Origin: Raillietiella orientalis
Lineage: Eukaryota
Assembly: GCA_036172245.1 (NCBI GenBank)
Contig: JAYWIR010000034.1
Span: forward strand, 2,232,001-2,296,000
Length of the DNA: 64,000 nt
Reading direction: 5' to 3'
Positions 13,621-25,649 of the stretch are shown piece by piece. The position numbers were made by a program, and so were the translations under genes. Within the stretch, counting starts at the first letter, position 1, and the number at the start of each line of letters is the position of its first letter. The notes below the pieces were generated by a model. That model searched no databases, had not been told where the DNA came from, and saw only the letters and a list, made by a program, of their open reading frames with translations.

Positions 13621-14379
13621 AATCCAAAATGGACCTCTGAATGCTCCTATCCAATTTTAAATGAAAAAGTTTTTTTATCAGAGTGCAAAAACTCCTAGGT
13701 TACATGGAGAATCTGCGACCAAATGTATACAGAGGACACTGTTTAGGAAATTCTCGCAAAGGTCATCCATTTGCATCTGAGGTGGTGGTGGTGGATTCAA
13801 GTTGCGGGGAAGGATATCGATATGAAGCTTCTCATGAAAAATAAAATTTCCTTGGAAATTCTTCCGCCATTCCAGTGTTTCTTGGAATCTGTGACAGAAG
13901 AAGGTCCCTTTGCAGATGCGGCCTTCTTCACGTATGGACTCAGGTGTTTTACGCTGCCGATGGCGAACAGAATTGGAGGAGCATCATCATGGAAAGGGAA
14001 GGAAAAGGAACCAGTTGTCTGCACAAGATTTGATACCTGATTGAGCTTAACGCTTTCGAAAGAGTGGTGGTTCTGGGAGGGGTTTTCCAGGGGAGGAGGA
14101 GGAGCTTTGCCGACAACTCAACAAACACTCTGTCGCTCTTCATCGCAAAAAGTCTGCTGGTTGGGATGGGGGAGAGAGCGATTACATGCTAAGCTAAGAA
14201 GAGCAGGTGGACGGAGGCTGCGAACGAATAACAGGGGATCCTTGCAAGGTCCGTTTCGCTTCCGAAAGTTGTCCGAAAGCCGAATCTTTCCCTGTTTATC
14301 TCCCTAATGAAGTCTCAAAGCTGGGGGAAGAAATAAAGGAGTAGGTGACCGCCGACCCTATGTGAGCTGCGAGCAAATT

Positions 14380-16900
14380 CAACATCCTGAGTTCGGAGCT
14401 GGAAACACAGCGAGGAAATCAGAAGAAGGAACCGGTCCAGAACTCAGGTCTCTTCGAACACGGATGCTTTCCGGGGACTTGGAAGGGAGACGGGGGACTG
14501 CCATGGCGACAGCCAAGGTTGGTTTTCTCGTCCTCTCAAGGCGAAACATGCGTTCAGACCTCCACGTGCCTTCCTCGCCTCGAGTTTGGCGCAATTTCTG
14601 GTTTCCTGGAACCGGAAGCGAAGATCCTGTCGAGGATCGGCAGCGCAGCCTGTGATTCTTCTCCGAGGCAGGGAAGCGGTCCCGAAGAGACGGTGGCGAG
14701 CAATGGATAAGGCAGCAGAGTACCGCACCCGGGTCGCTTCGGCCGGCCGCGGTCCATGGTTGCCAAGGGTCCATCCATTTGCCCGCCAGCGTGCAAATGG
14801 ATCGGCTGTGGAACCTGACACTCGGACGCTCCTCGTAGCAGGGGGTAAGAAAGTTCCACTCGGATCTTCGAACCCTGAGGCTTCGATTGTGCCGGGTCGC
14901 CGGTCCCGGTCTGGTCCCGATGCAGGAGTGCCAAACGCCGGTTTCTTTCGAGACCTACCCGCAGCAAGGTGAAGCAGAAAGCTGCAAACAGTGCAAAGAG
15001 CAAAAGAAGAGAAGGCAACAGGTGGGGTGAGGAGGGAAGGCGGTCGCTACTGGTGGTCACCTTTGCACGCGCCCTCCACATCTCCTCAAGCATGACCTTC
15101 TACTCGGGTAAGGTCATTCTTCTGCAGCCCGGAGAGTTAGGGTGGTCAGGTGGAACCGCAGCACGCGCAACGGCAATCTCAGCGGCAGCCATCCGTCCGC
15201 CTCTGGCACTTCGCGAAGGTGTCCTCGAGGCGAAGAAATGCTGTTAAACGCTTCCATCCGCGGTGGAGGGTGCTGCAGTTTAGCAGCCACAAGCACGTTC
15301 TTCTTGGTCAAGTAGCGCAGGAGGCTCCATCTCAAGAAGAGCACTGCCACCGTGTGCTGCCGCCTGAGGGAGGGCACGGCTCTGTCCGCTTCCGCTAACG
15401 CGACTCGAAAGGTGCCTTCCGGTGAGATTGCCAAGAGGTCCGCCCCAAGGTGCAGCCCTTCGGAGTGAGACCTCGTGGTCATCGAGTCGGTCAGCTGGTT
15501 CATCTGCAGCGTCTCAAGCTGTACGGGTACCCACCATACTAGCAGGCCCTGCCACCTCCTGCAGGAATCCCACGGGTAATAAAGCGCTGGAAAGAAGGAA
15601 GAAAGACAGGATGGTAGGGAAGGCAGAACGAGAAGGAAAGCCATCTTCCTGGATGGCCACCCAGTGGGTTGCCCTCCGGGTAGCCACTCAGGGATGGAGG
15701 CTGAATAGCTCCGGCAAACGGGTGGCTGGAGACCAATCCTTGGGAGAAGTCACTTCCCGGGCTGCTGCAGCGTTAGCCCTGGGGACTTCAGTCCTTCTGC
15801 AAGGATCAGTTTGCGATTTGGGACTAGTCAAGTTCGCAGCTTGTCATCAGCCCTTCTCGGTCTGCGTGATCTCCCGAAAGGAACGCACTTCCTCCATCTA
15901 AGCACTCCAACGGCGGCACACTCTTCCAAGGCGTCGTGCGCATGAAAGAGATCAAGTGGTTCCGCGCCCTGGGGCTACATCTGCTCGCGTCCAGTGAGAG
16001 TCACTATTCCTCTGCCTCGTATGGTCGCAACATGCACCCACACGTGAGTGCTCAGACGGGTGCGCAGGTCTCCGGAGACTCGTTCCAGCACAGGGGTGGG
16101 AGGAGAGATGCTCGGCACATGCGTCGATACGGTGAAGATGACGGGGCAGGTCTGAGGGCAAGGCTCGCAAGCCAACTTCGCTTACCCTGAGGACTCGGGT
16201 TCGGACTGACGCAAGACGCTTCCTTGAAGGACGATTAGTGTGCTCAGCTCCCCTCAGGCCGAATGCAGGGACGTGCCGGAGGACCAGTTGATGAGGGCGC
16301 GGACGATGTCGTCGCAGCAGGGTAGGACGAAGCGAACCTGCCCCCTTCTTCCTGTTCTGCAACCGGAAGGTCCCTACTTACGCACCACAGGACACAGCCT
16401 AGTAAAGAGGGAAAGGAGGATGGGTACGCGGACCCTTGATGTACGGTCCAGCCTCTCGTGGAGCTGCCTGCGGGCCGAGGGGAGACTTGCGAGAGCAGGC
16501 GCCCGGACACGCCTCGTGGGCCGACGCTTGTGTGAAGTGGAGGACATGGAGGGGGTCCTCGAAGGTGTTGGAGAGGGGCCGAACAGCACAGGGGGTGTTG
16601 CGCGACGAAGGGCGTCGTGGTGCCTCCTCCAGCGGAGGGTTGTGCAGCGATGGGACGGAGGTCGGCCTTGCCCGCCCGTCCTTCCACCCTTCCTCCGCCG
16701 CCGGGAAGCGCCGCGTCCTCTTCCCTGCCGATCCGCACGCCTTCTCGTTTCGATTTCCCTGCGGCGTCTATCAGACTCAACGGAATCGAGAAGGAAGGCG
16801 GCTGCCGGCGCTCCCTGGAGCAGTCCTACGCCTCCCTCGAGGCGACTGGCGCTGCCAGCGCCCGGTGGTGCATTGGCGGAGTGCTGAACGGAGTCTTCTC
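14380..16900 (-). mobile_element. Decayed DIRS-like tyrosine-recombinase retrotransposon (gag?-RT-RNase H-YR)
   Basis: RALP..CPVIFT (LPFGL..P..FT, 16131-16168); VWW...TDS...QHTVAV (RNase H-like, ORF 15114..15644); NHRLRCRSST...GTWRSERMF (YR HxxR and G.W.S...F boxes, 14544-14657). The domain order matches DIRS. Confidence 0.55.
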
Positions 16901-17940
16901 AGTGGACCTCCAGAAGTTGTCTATGTCTTTTCTGGAGATGTCTTGCGAATGCACGCGCCTCCCCTCACCCCCTCTCTCTCCAAAAAAAAAAAAAAAAAAG
17001 AAGAAACTCATAGATCGGGAAGCAGCCCCTGGAGAGTTCGTCCGCATTGCTGTAAGAGTTAAAAGTTGAGGCGCTGGTTCCGGCATCTTCTGCAAAGGCG
17101 ATTGTCTCTACTCGATCCCCATAGGCGTCCTCCCATTCGAAGGTCTGGTCGCATGAGCACCGGCGGAGGGAGTTTACCGGCGCGGCCTGCGTGTTTTGAG
17201 ACTCATGTGCCATCTCGCGGGGCGTCCCGGAAAACGGGAACGACCGTCGATGTGCACTTTCCTCCAACCTGGAAGACGGGCCTCTCGAGTTTCGCGCGGC
17301 CCCACTGAGAACACCCTGTCTGAGACCTCGGAGATCTTCGCTCGTACGAGGACACTTTTGCAACACGGCCATACCCGAGGGCCCTTCAGCTGACCCCTGC
17401 CGGTCTTCTCAGAGAGGCTGCTCACTCGCCTTGTGGCATGCAGGAAACCACCCTCCCTTCCCTCCCCTAATACCACCGATTTTCCCCCTGACGATGAGGG
17501 ATTTCCCGTCTCTCGGTCAGGCAGTGGAAAAGACGGGTCGGAAAAAGCGAAAGGACTCCATGGACGTGGTCAGTGGTACCCACGAAAAGGGGATGCAGAA
17601 GTGGTCTATCAGCGGTCTGCAATCGAACGGTCCACGCAAAGGGTGAAGGGCGAGACCAAGACTTCGCAGACCCCACGAGTGAATTGGTTTTCAAGTGGGA
17701 AGAAGGGAAGAAGAACAGATTGCCGGACACCGGTTCTCCAGTCGCGCAGCTTTTGTAAGGAAGTGCAGAGACGAGGACCAGACGCGCTGCCGCTGGGGGC
17801 TTAGCCCGAGGCAAGCCATCAGCAGCTCCTGCTGAGGGCGTCCGAGGTCCGTGCACTCAGCTGCCGTCGGGACCTTCCCAAGCCGCAAGGAGGACGGGGG
17901 GTCGAGGGTTTCATGAGCCGCGAGCGTGAGAGTCTCAACA

Positions 17941-18062
17941 GAGGAAAAGGAGGAGGAAGGGAAAAAGAGGAAAAGAGGGGGAGGAGGAAAGAAATGAAGG
18001 GGAAATGAAGAAGGGTTGAAAAGGAAGAAAGGAAAAGGAGGGAGGAAGGGAGGAAGGAGGAG
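17941..18062 (+). repeat. Polypurine (GGA/GAA-rich) low-complexity tract
   Basis: Almost only G and A over ~120 bp. Confidence 0.9.
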
Positions 18063-18420
18063 CTCGAATGTGACATCCGTGGGTATCTGCTGGTTTTGCA
18101 GGCGGACCGTGACTTTCTGCAAGCCTGCAGTCTCTTACGAAGGTCACTTGGATTTTTTATCACTCCGAAAGAGGTAGGTGATGGTGGGAAAAAGTCTCTA
18201 GGTCCGGCTTCTACTGTCGGAACCCTGATCCTGGGCGTGTGGAAGTGGGGAACAATGAGGACCGAAGTCTCGCAAAGAGCAATGGTAAGCTCTTGCTGCA
18301 CCTTGGTCCAGCAGGGTCGTCAAACCGCTATAGCGTCCGGTGGGCCGGCAAAGAAGGGCCGGTTTCTTGACATCGGCCGAGGACTTGGCTCCTGCTGACT
18401 CGCGTGAATTCGAGGTTCGT

Positions 18421-18642
18421 TTATTACCCGGTTGCGCTGGGACGTTTATTAATAAAATGAAATCATCTGGGAACTGGGTTCCCAGGTAAGGGGAACAGAA
18501 GATGGGGAGGAGGGTTCCCGGCACGCAGGCCGGGCACACTGAGAGTTCGGAACGGGTGGGAGGGGACAATAAATAAATAAATAGGGTGGGAGGGCGGGTA
18601 CAGGGGTATGCAGTTTAGCCGTTCCTAATCTCAGAACCGGCG
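18421..18642 (-). mobile_element. 222-bp 5'-truncated LINE 3'-end insertion with 17-bp target-site duplication
   Basis: GTGAATTCGAGGTTCGT is present at 18404-18420 and 18643-18659. The insert carries the terminal motif (18421-18450) and is homologous to 32760-32843 and 46135-46160. Confidence 0.85.
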
Positions 18643-19049
18643 GTGAATTCGAGGTTCGTGGAACGCAGTCCCGGACCTCGAAGTACAAGTCTAGGAAAGG
18701 TGTCCGAGCCTTCCAGCGTCCGGATGAAACCTCCGGGTTCCCTGGACTCCCTGAAGGTTCTTTCGGCTGAGGATTTTTCTGTCGCTTGTTGGTGGTGCAT
18801 GTGATGCTCAGCTACCTCCGATCGAGGCTGGGCAATTCACCTGGTGGTCCCCCGCATCCACCCTTTCAGGGACAACTTGGCCGTTTCCTCCCATAAGGCT
18901 TGGAGCGGATCATGAAATCCACAACCGCACCAACTCCTTCCGATGGACAGATGCTAGATGCTGGTCCTGACCCTGACATCAATTCGCAAGTATCTCCGTC
19001 TTCGACGACTCGGATTCAGGGAAGGTGTGGAGCGTGCGCTGGTAAGAAA

Positions 19050-19836
19050 GCCAAAGGGATTCAGCAGAAGCGAGCTTGCTCGAGATGGTTTGGATTCTCT
19101 GAGTACCTCAAGAACCGTAGCGTACCTGGCGGCACACGCAGTGCTTCAACACGGTTCCACTTTACCCGAGAATGCGCGGGACTCTGGTCCCTATTCTAAC
19201 GCATAATTCTTCAAGCTAGGGGGTACCTCGGGAGAGGACCACCTGTGAATGAAGGAAGGGCTCGGAGTCCGTTCTTCTCACGCCTGGGGAGGGATCTCCA
19301 AAGGGAACCTCCACCCTGGTTGTCTCCGAAGGAAACCTCGAAGGAAATCTCCTTCATTATTCTTTCCGGAGGATCCCTGGGGGGATCTGCTCCATTCTTT
19401 CTTCTCAGGAAGGAAGCGCTCCCTGTTTCCTCCTCCTCTGAAGAGAATCCCTAAGGCGCGCTTCCGAATGTTTTCAGGAGGGGTGCTTCCCGAAAGGAGC
19501 AGCGCGCTTCTTTGCAATCTGAAGGAGCATCATTCCTCTACCAGCTCCATGGAACGAGACGAAAGGCTCCCTTCGAAGGAGGGATCTGCACCTTTGCAGT
19601 ACCAGAGGGGAACCCTGAAGACGAGCAAACTCCTTGATTCCTGGAAGAACTCTGGAAGGTCAACTTCCAGTCCCGGCCAGTAAACGGGCTGTTTCCACCA
19701 GTGCCGCACCTCAAGCCTTCAGCCTAATCTGAGTTATCTTTCAGGAGGAACTCGGAGTCGATCCTTTCCCGGATTCGAACCAGCGACGCCTGGTGCCACG
19801 CGCGGAGACCGTGACTGCGTGGCCTCCGACAGGGGC
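19050..19836 (-). mobile_element. tRNA-headed structured module, copy C (SINE-like)
   Basis: Head GTCGGAGGCC...GCGCGTGGCACC..GGTTCGAATCC (19770-19830, minus); body and tail are homologous to 27378-28380. Confidence 0.8.
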
Positions 19837-21118
19837 GAGAGAGTTTTGGTCAGGCGCTTCTTTGCCGCGAAGGTGTCCGAGCCACGCGTAGGCCATTTTA
19901 TCCGGTGCTCGAGCATTCTTCGTCCACTGCTCACCCTTGCGTGTGGTCAGTTGAGCAGCCGACCACACGTACGGGGAGCTTGCGAGGGGTGCGCTTGCAG
20001 GCGGCAGCTGCGCTGGCGGTGCGACTTCCGCTTCCGAGCCTCGTGGTGGCACTTCCAGCGCCATCTCGTGGTCGAATGATCTGCCCTTCCCCTTCGAGTG
20101 AGCGCATGAGCATGTGCAGATGAATCAGAGCTCCAGCGAGCTCTCCGACCGTAACCTTCCTTGGAAGCAGCGCTAACGAGCTGAAGACAGAACCAGCACT
20201 GATGGGAAAGAGAGAGGGGATGAAACAAAATAGGGACATTTTGTGCTTGTGATCTCCCATTTTTTTGGACCAGGAAATGCCCTTTTAGGGTTCCATCTCG
20301 CCGGAACAGCCTCCATAAAGACGCTGTTAGTGGAGAAACAAAGAGCAAAGGCACTGCCTCTGCATGAAAACAAAATCAAATAAGTCGTTATGGAAACGGC
20401 ACGTTGGATTTTGAGGGGAGCGGCCCGAGGTCGCACACGTATTTCGCTCTTGCTGCGCTTGCTGGGAGCCGAGGAGAGGGAATCTCCTGGATTTTCGTAT
20501 GGAGGGAACGCGCGCCGTGGCTCTGTGGGATAGGAGAAGCGAGCAACCTGATAAATAAAGTGAAAAAGAAAAAAAAAAAAATTGATTTCCAACGAATTGT
20601 CTTCGCTTGTGATCTTTTGTACAGATGGATGGAAAATTAATTTTGAAGATACCATCACTAAATAGAAGCCCCAAGGGGAAATCTGCAGTTGAAACGATCA
20701 AGAACAAATTCTTTGCCTCGCTTGCTTGTTAAAAGTGCAGGAAGGAGGTGAGGAAATCCTTCGAGGAACCCTCGCACATTGTATAAACAGAAAACGGACT
20801 ACATCGGCAAATTGGTTTCTATTCCCTGGATGATTCCGGGATAGTCGCCGATGAATGAAAAATTTCAGAACCGGGGAGCGAGTTGCTGGATGCAGATGTC
20901 AGTGTGATGCTTCGAAACACGGAGACGTACTCATCCCGGCGTAATTTATTACTGCCAGTTGCCAGCATTATTATTTCATTAGGAAGCACAATTCATCCCA
21001 GCAGGAATTCAAATTGGACCGCTCTGAAACGAGCTGCCCCGGGCTCGACGTGCGCAAGTGTGGAGGGAATAGCAGGGTGAGGGAATTATCTCTCTATGCT
21101 TCCGCGCAAACCTTCCTG

Positions 21119-21357
21119 AGGAGGAGGAAGAGGAAGGAGGAAGAAGAGAAAAGAAGGTGAAGGTAAGGTGTGCAAGGAAGAAGGAGGAAGTGAGAAAGAG
21201 GTGGAGGTGGAGGAGAAAGGCTCTTGGGAAGGGAGGAAGAAAAAGGAGGTAGAGGTGGAGGAGGAAGGAAGAAGGAGGAAGAGGAAGTGGAAGTTAAAGA
21301 GGAGGAGGAGGAGAAAGTGAAGGTGGAAAGGAAGAGGAGGAAGGAAGAGAAGGAAAG
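21119..21357 (+). repeat. Polypurine (GAGGAA-like) low-complexity tract
   Basis: Near-pure G/A run of ~240 bp; the Glu/Lys-rich and Phe/Ser-rich ORFs over it are by-products. Confidence 0.9.
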
Positions 21358-21599
21358 TCCAGCAGCTGCAAACGATGCGACCGCGGGACTTTTCCTGCAA
21401 GGCCATTTCCGGACCGAGGTGGTCACAATGTACATGCTGTCCTCCCCCTCCCGTCCTCATCGGTGCAAGAGAGAGGTGCAGAAACCAGGGGACTTCTCAG
21501 CACGAGCGAATGTTCCACGGACGTGAATCGAGGGTGAAACTGCTCGGGGAAGTCATGGGAAGGGGACGCGGGAATCTTCAGAGCAGGGCGATGCCTCAG

Positions 21600-23480
21600 A
21601 TTCAGTAGGAAAAAGAGGAACTTTGCATCGCAGAAACAGCAAGCAGGCTGTCTCTTCTCCACAGCGGCACTCGCGACGGGAGCGAATCGCTTTCCAGTGA
21701 TTATCGCTTTTTTCTACCCGCTTACCTGGATCCTCCTCCAAAGAGACGTGAGAGACGGTCTCCCCTATGGACCGGAAGGAGGACTTACTCTCCTATGGGC
21801 GGAGTCCAGGCTACATCCCTCCCTCATCGCAACCGCATCGTGGAAGGTTCTGAAGATCCCATACACCACTGTTTCCTCGAGGCGCCTTCTGCTCCGAATC
21901 CCAAATGCCCTCATCGAAAACTCTGTTAGTCTCCAAGTAACAAGAGGGCTCCAAATTGTCAATATCTCTTTCCCAGGGGTGAGGAGCCGTGGGCCCATGG
22001 GGGAAGGTTTGCGAAGGAGGAATTAGAGAAGTGAGAGGTAGGGGTAGGTGTGCCCTCCGTCCATCTCTCCAGGCAAAGGGGCTGAAAAAGGTGGGGAGCG
22101 GGCAAGCTGGCAGGTGGGTCCTCTTCAGCTGGTCCGAGGAGGCATAGGTAGCGGCTCCTTTTATTGGGGTTCCGAACTCTGGAGCTCCACAGAGATATCC
22201 AAAGTACTCCATGCTTGTCCGAGGGAAATCCCTCAGGAGGCCAGTCTGCTGCCCTTCCTAGGGGGAGGAGTTCGGTAAAGTCAGGAGGGAGAACGTGGGA
22301 GAGAAATTCCGCGGTCCCGCGGAGTGCCACAGGAGATCCCCTGCCACAAGAGGTTCCCGCTGGATGTCCCTATGGGATTCGCGAGGAGCAACGCTCCCAT
22401 AGTCGTAGGGAGCAACAAGGAAGAAGATGGAGGAAGAAGCGTGGGTGGGAGAGCTAATAGGTCCGGTCCCATGGCTGCCGCTGGTAAAGAAGGGAGTCCA
22501 CAATGGGGTCTTGAGACACCATGGGGTTCGCTGACCACCATCACCAAGGCGGGGTCGGGGATGCGAAGAGAAGAAACTTCCAATTCAACCCGATCAGTTC
22601 CCAGGGAACATCAGTCAAATTCCGGCAGCCTGACAACGGAGCTACTTTGATCTGCGCCCAAAGGGCATCCTGAAAAGGAGAGTTCTTTCGCCGAATCCCC
22701 GGACTTGGCGTGAGGCGGACACGGATCCAGCTATTCACAGCCACTCTACGTTCCTTTTTTTTTATTTTCTGGGAGATCCTCTTGACAGTTCCGGTTGCGG
22801 TTGATTTCTTCCTCTGTCTTTTTATCCCCTGGGAGGGGTCGTCTACAGCGACTGATTCATCAAGTAAGGATGATCGTGGAGATCGCCGGTCTTGGAGTCT
22901 CCTTGTATCCAAGAAAGTGTTCAAAAATGCCTCAGTGTCTTTCTAATCTCGGGACGGATGCTCAAGTCTTCGGGGCCTGCCCGTGGACATCTCTGCAAGA
23001 GCCACTCTGGATGATACATCCCGAGCTGCCTAATGGGCAGAGTCTCTGAGTAGCCTCCATCTGGATGGGATGAAAATAAGCGGTGGACGGAAGATGAGTC
23101 AGCAAGACCTTCCATCGGGATGCTCCGGGTAGCTCCGCCAGTCAGTGGATACTCTCAGATGAATTCGGTTCTCCACGTAGGGAGAGAAACCACGGATCTC
23201 AGCCAAGGAGGCAAAGATCACGGTCAATAAGATGAGCGACCGTTCAAGAAACGATGCCATCTTCCTGGTACACCTGCCAGGGCGCCTACGAGAGAGGGTG
23301 ATCGGCTCTCGGAGACATCACAGCAGCTAGTGTTCCAGACGAAACGCCAAGAACAACTGCTCATTTCACAATCCGGACTACCAAATCTGAGGGGACACTG
23401 CAAGAATCTCACCCTTCCTTCTTTCCTTGGATGGCGTTGGGTCCAGTGACCATGCTTAAAAGGCCCCTATAGGCCTTCAG
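21600..23480 (-). mobile_element. Decayed LINE RT to C-terminus
   Basis: PK.KEG...CPLRF, then LAFRLEH (LA.RL, ~23340), then a motif-A-like region ~23150-23200; C-terminal remnants in ORF 21765..21998. Confidence 0.45.
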
Positions 23481-23499
23481 GTCGACCTCACCGATGCAA

Positions 23500-24950
23500 T
23501 CGCGGCGGATTTCCAGAACGTCTCACGCACGTCCTGGAGCAGGGGCACGCCTGGATGCTGCGAAAACCGGCTGCGTGCAATCCTCAACGACTTCTGGGGT
23601 CTGCGCGCTCCCTGTATCCTGCCGACTTTCTCTCAACGGAACGAAAGACTTGTGCCGTTTCTGACTTTGCAGAGACCACATACACGAAAGAATCGGACCT
23701 GCGTCTTCACAGTTTCCACCATATTGATGCCCGGTCCATCTTTCTGCCTTGCTCGTTTAAAACTGTGGAATCATTCCTGAGGATACCCCATTTCCAAACG
23801 CATCCCGCTGGATGTTCTCGGCGCTTTCTTCATTGGGAGGACGTTCCAGCCTATGTGTCCAGTGTACATGACGACTACAATGGATATTGGAGGCAATAAC
23901 TTGATGCCTCATTTTGCGAAGATACAGCAGTGGTATTTCCACATTTCGCATCATTCCTTCTCTTGGAAAACCTTAGCACCCCAGACATACAACCATTGGA
24001 GGTCGGAAGGTCACCTAACATTCTTCATCTACTGGGACGCAGCACGCTTCTATTCTTGGACTTGTTTCCTTCTTCAGCACGCCTGCAAGTGTCAGAGTGC
24101 CCTTCAGGCACAAGCGATGGCCAGCAAGACCACTCTTCGCTTGGGAGGCAGTTGAGCAACCACTTTGCAACTCCCTCCATTGCCACCTTCAATCGTTGGT
24201 ACAATGAGACGTGTTTTGGGCGACTGCTGAAAACAGTGATTTACCACATGAGCAGCATCCCCAACTCTACTTCCTCCGCAACCGTAGTCCTTTTTGTCTT
24301 GAACTTGGCCTGGAGGACGTCGAGCCAGACAGCATGGGGTGGTTCGAGGAGGCTGATTTGGCAGAGGTTTGAGATAGGAGAGGCCAGTGAGAAGCACGGA
24401 CTGAGAGGACACTGCACACATCGAGCATAAACTCGGCAAAAGGGACCAGAATTCTTGATGAAGATAATCCTCTCTTTTCTATTTGGGAATTTGGGTTCAG
24501 GAAGTGGGAAGAAGCCCCTTGAAGTAAATCGCCAAAGAGAACATCCGTTGCAGTCGGCTCGGCTCTCTTGAGTCCAGGAGCTCTCGTGGAGAAAGGGTAT
24601 GCCAAATGAGCTAAAAGAAATAGCAAAGAGCAAGGAGAGAGTTACGGATTTGAAGCAGACGAGATGCGATGATGAAATCGACTGCTCGTAAGAACGAACA
24701 TGGTGGCCCAGAAGGAACAGCAGGTTGGAGAATGAGGGCCGATCAGATTTTGCTTCTATATAATCTGCTCTTCCACACGTTACACGCGACTTTGCCGGGA
24801 TCACGCGTTCTGGATGTTTTCAGTGGCCACACACATGCCAAGGCATCTAACCTTTCTCTTGCCGCTTGTCATCGCGGGAAGAGAAAGGTTAGATGGAAGA
24901 GAAGCGAACTCTTTCCTCAGCTGAACCACAAGGCAGCATTCAGGACGAAA
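23500..24950 (-). mobile_element. Decayed LINE RT
   Basis: GPFCRVYARCVQCPLSPCF (RGVRQGCPLSP.LF motif B) in ORF 24241..24804. Confidence 0.5.
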
Positions 24951-25649
24951 AGTCCACAAGCATTGATGGAAACTCGAAATAGCAGTGTGCATGACAGCTA
25001 TGAACGACAGGTGAATTCACGCACGTGTTTACCATAAATACACAGGTGTATCTGCATACATGTACACACTCATGTACGTATATACACTTGGATTAATTAG
25101 ATTCCGTTCCTGCATGAGCGCATGAAAGCCTTCATGGCAAATAAATGAGACGCAGATGTTGCAGAAACTTTGTAATAAATGCTAATGACTGAGAGCTAAT
25201 GACAAGAACACTTGAAAGCAGCGTCAGAAGCGAAAATAGATCTCGGTGTTGGTGCTTGAAGGAGGCTGCAAACTGGGAAGTTGGTTCAGATTTGACTATC
25301 CAACGTTCGAGCAGAAGGGAGTCAATCGCTTTGGCACGGAGTCAGTTCTCTACTGCACCACCAGAGATCACTGAGTACCACGTGGAGTTCGATAAATTGA
25401 AGCTTCAAACCGGATGCTGCGTAAAAACAAAGGATGTTCAGGACACGCGAAACGTGGAGTTCTGTCCTCAGCGAAGGAAGCGGAAATTCAAGCCCAAAAG
25501 AAACAACTCGTAATATTTAATCTCATTTCTTGTAACTCGAGTCTTCTCCTTGCACTTAGGGGATGCGCAAGCACTTTGTCATACTATTGCTTTGAGCAGC
25601 AATAGGTCTCATAGTAATAAGCAGAATAGAAGTGTATTTTGAAGCAATA

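Larger units (their letters stand above)
16980..19050 (-). mobile_element. Heavily deleted LINE body lying directly 3' of tRNA-headed module copy C
   Basis: TIALCET (LQET-like, ~18270), GREGGF (GGLG-like, ~17450), WRKVH...RCSC zf-like (~17150-17270), poly-T UTR at 16982-17000. Confidence 0.4.

Noticed and set aside
21086..21526. Glu/Lys-rich and Phe/Ser-rich ORFs
   Set aside because: By-products of the polypurine tract.
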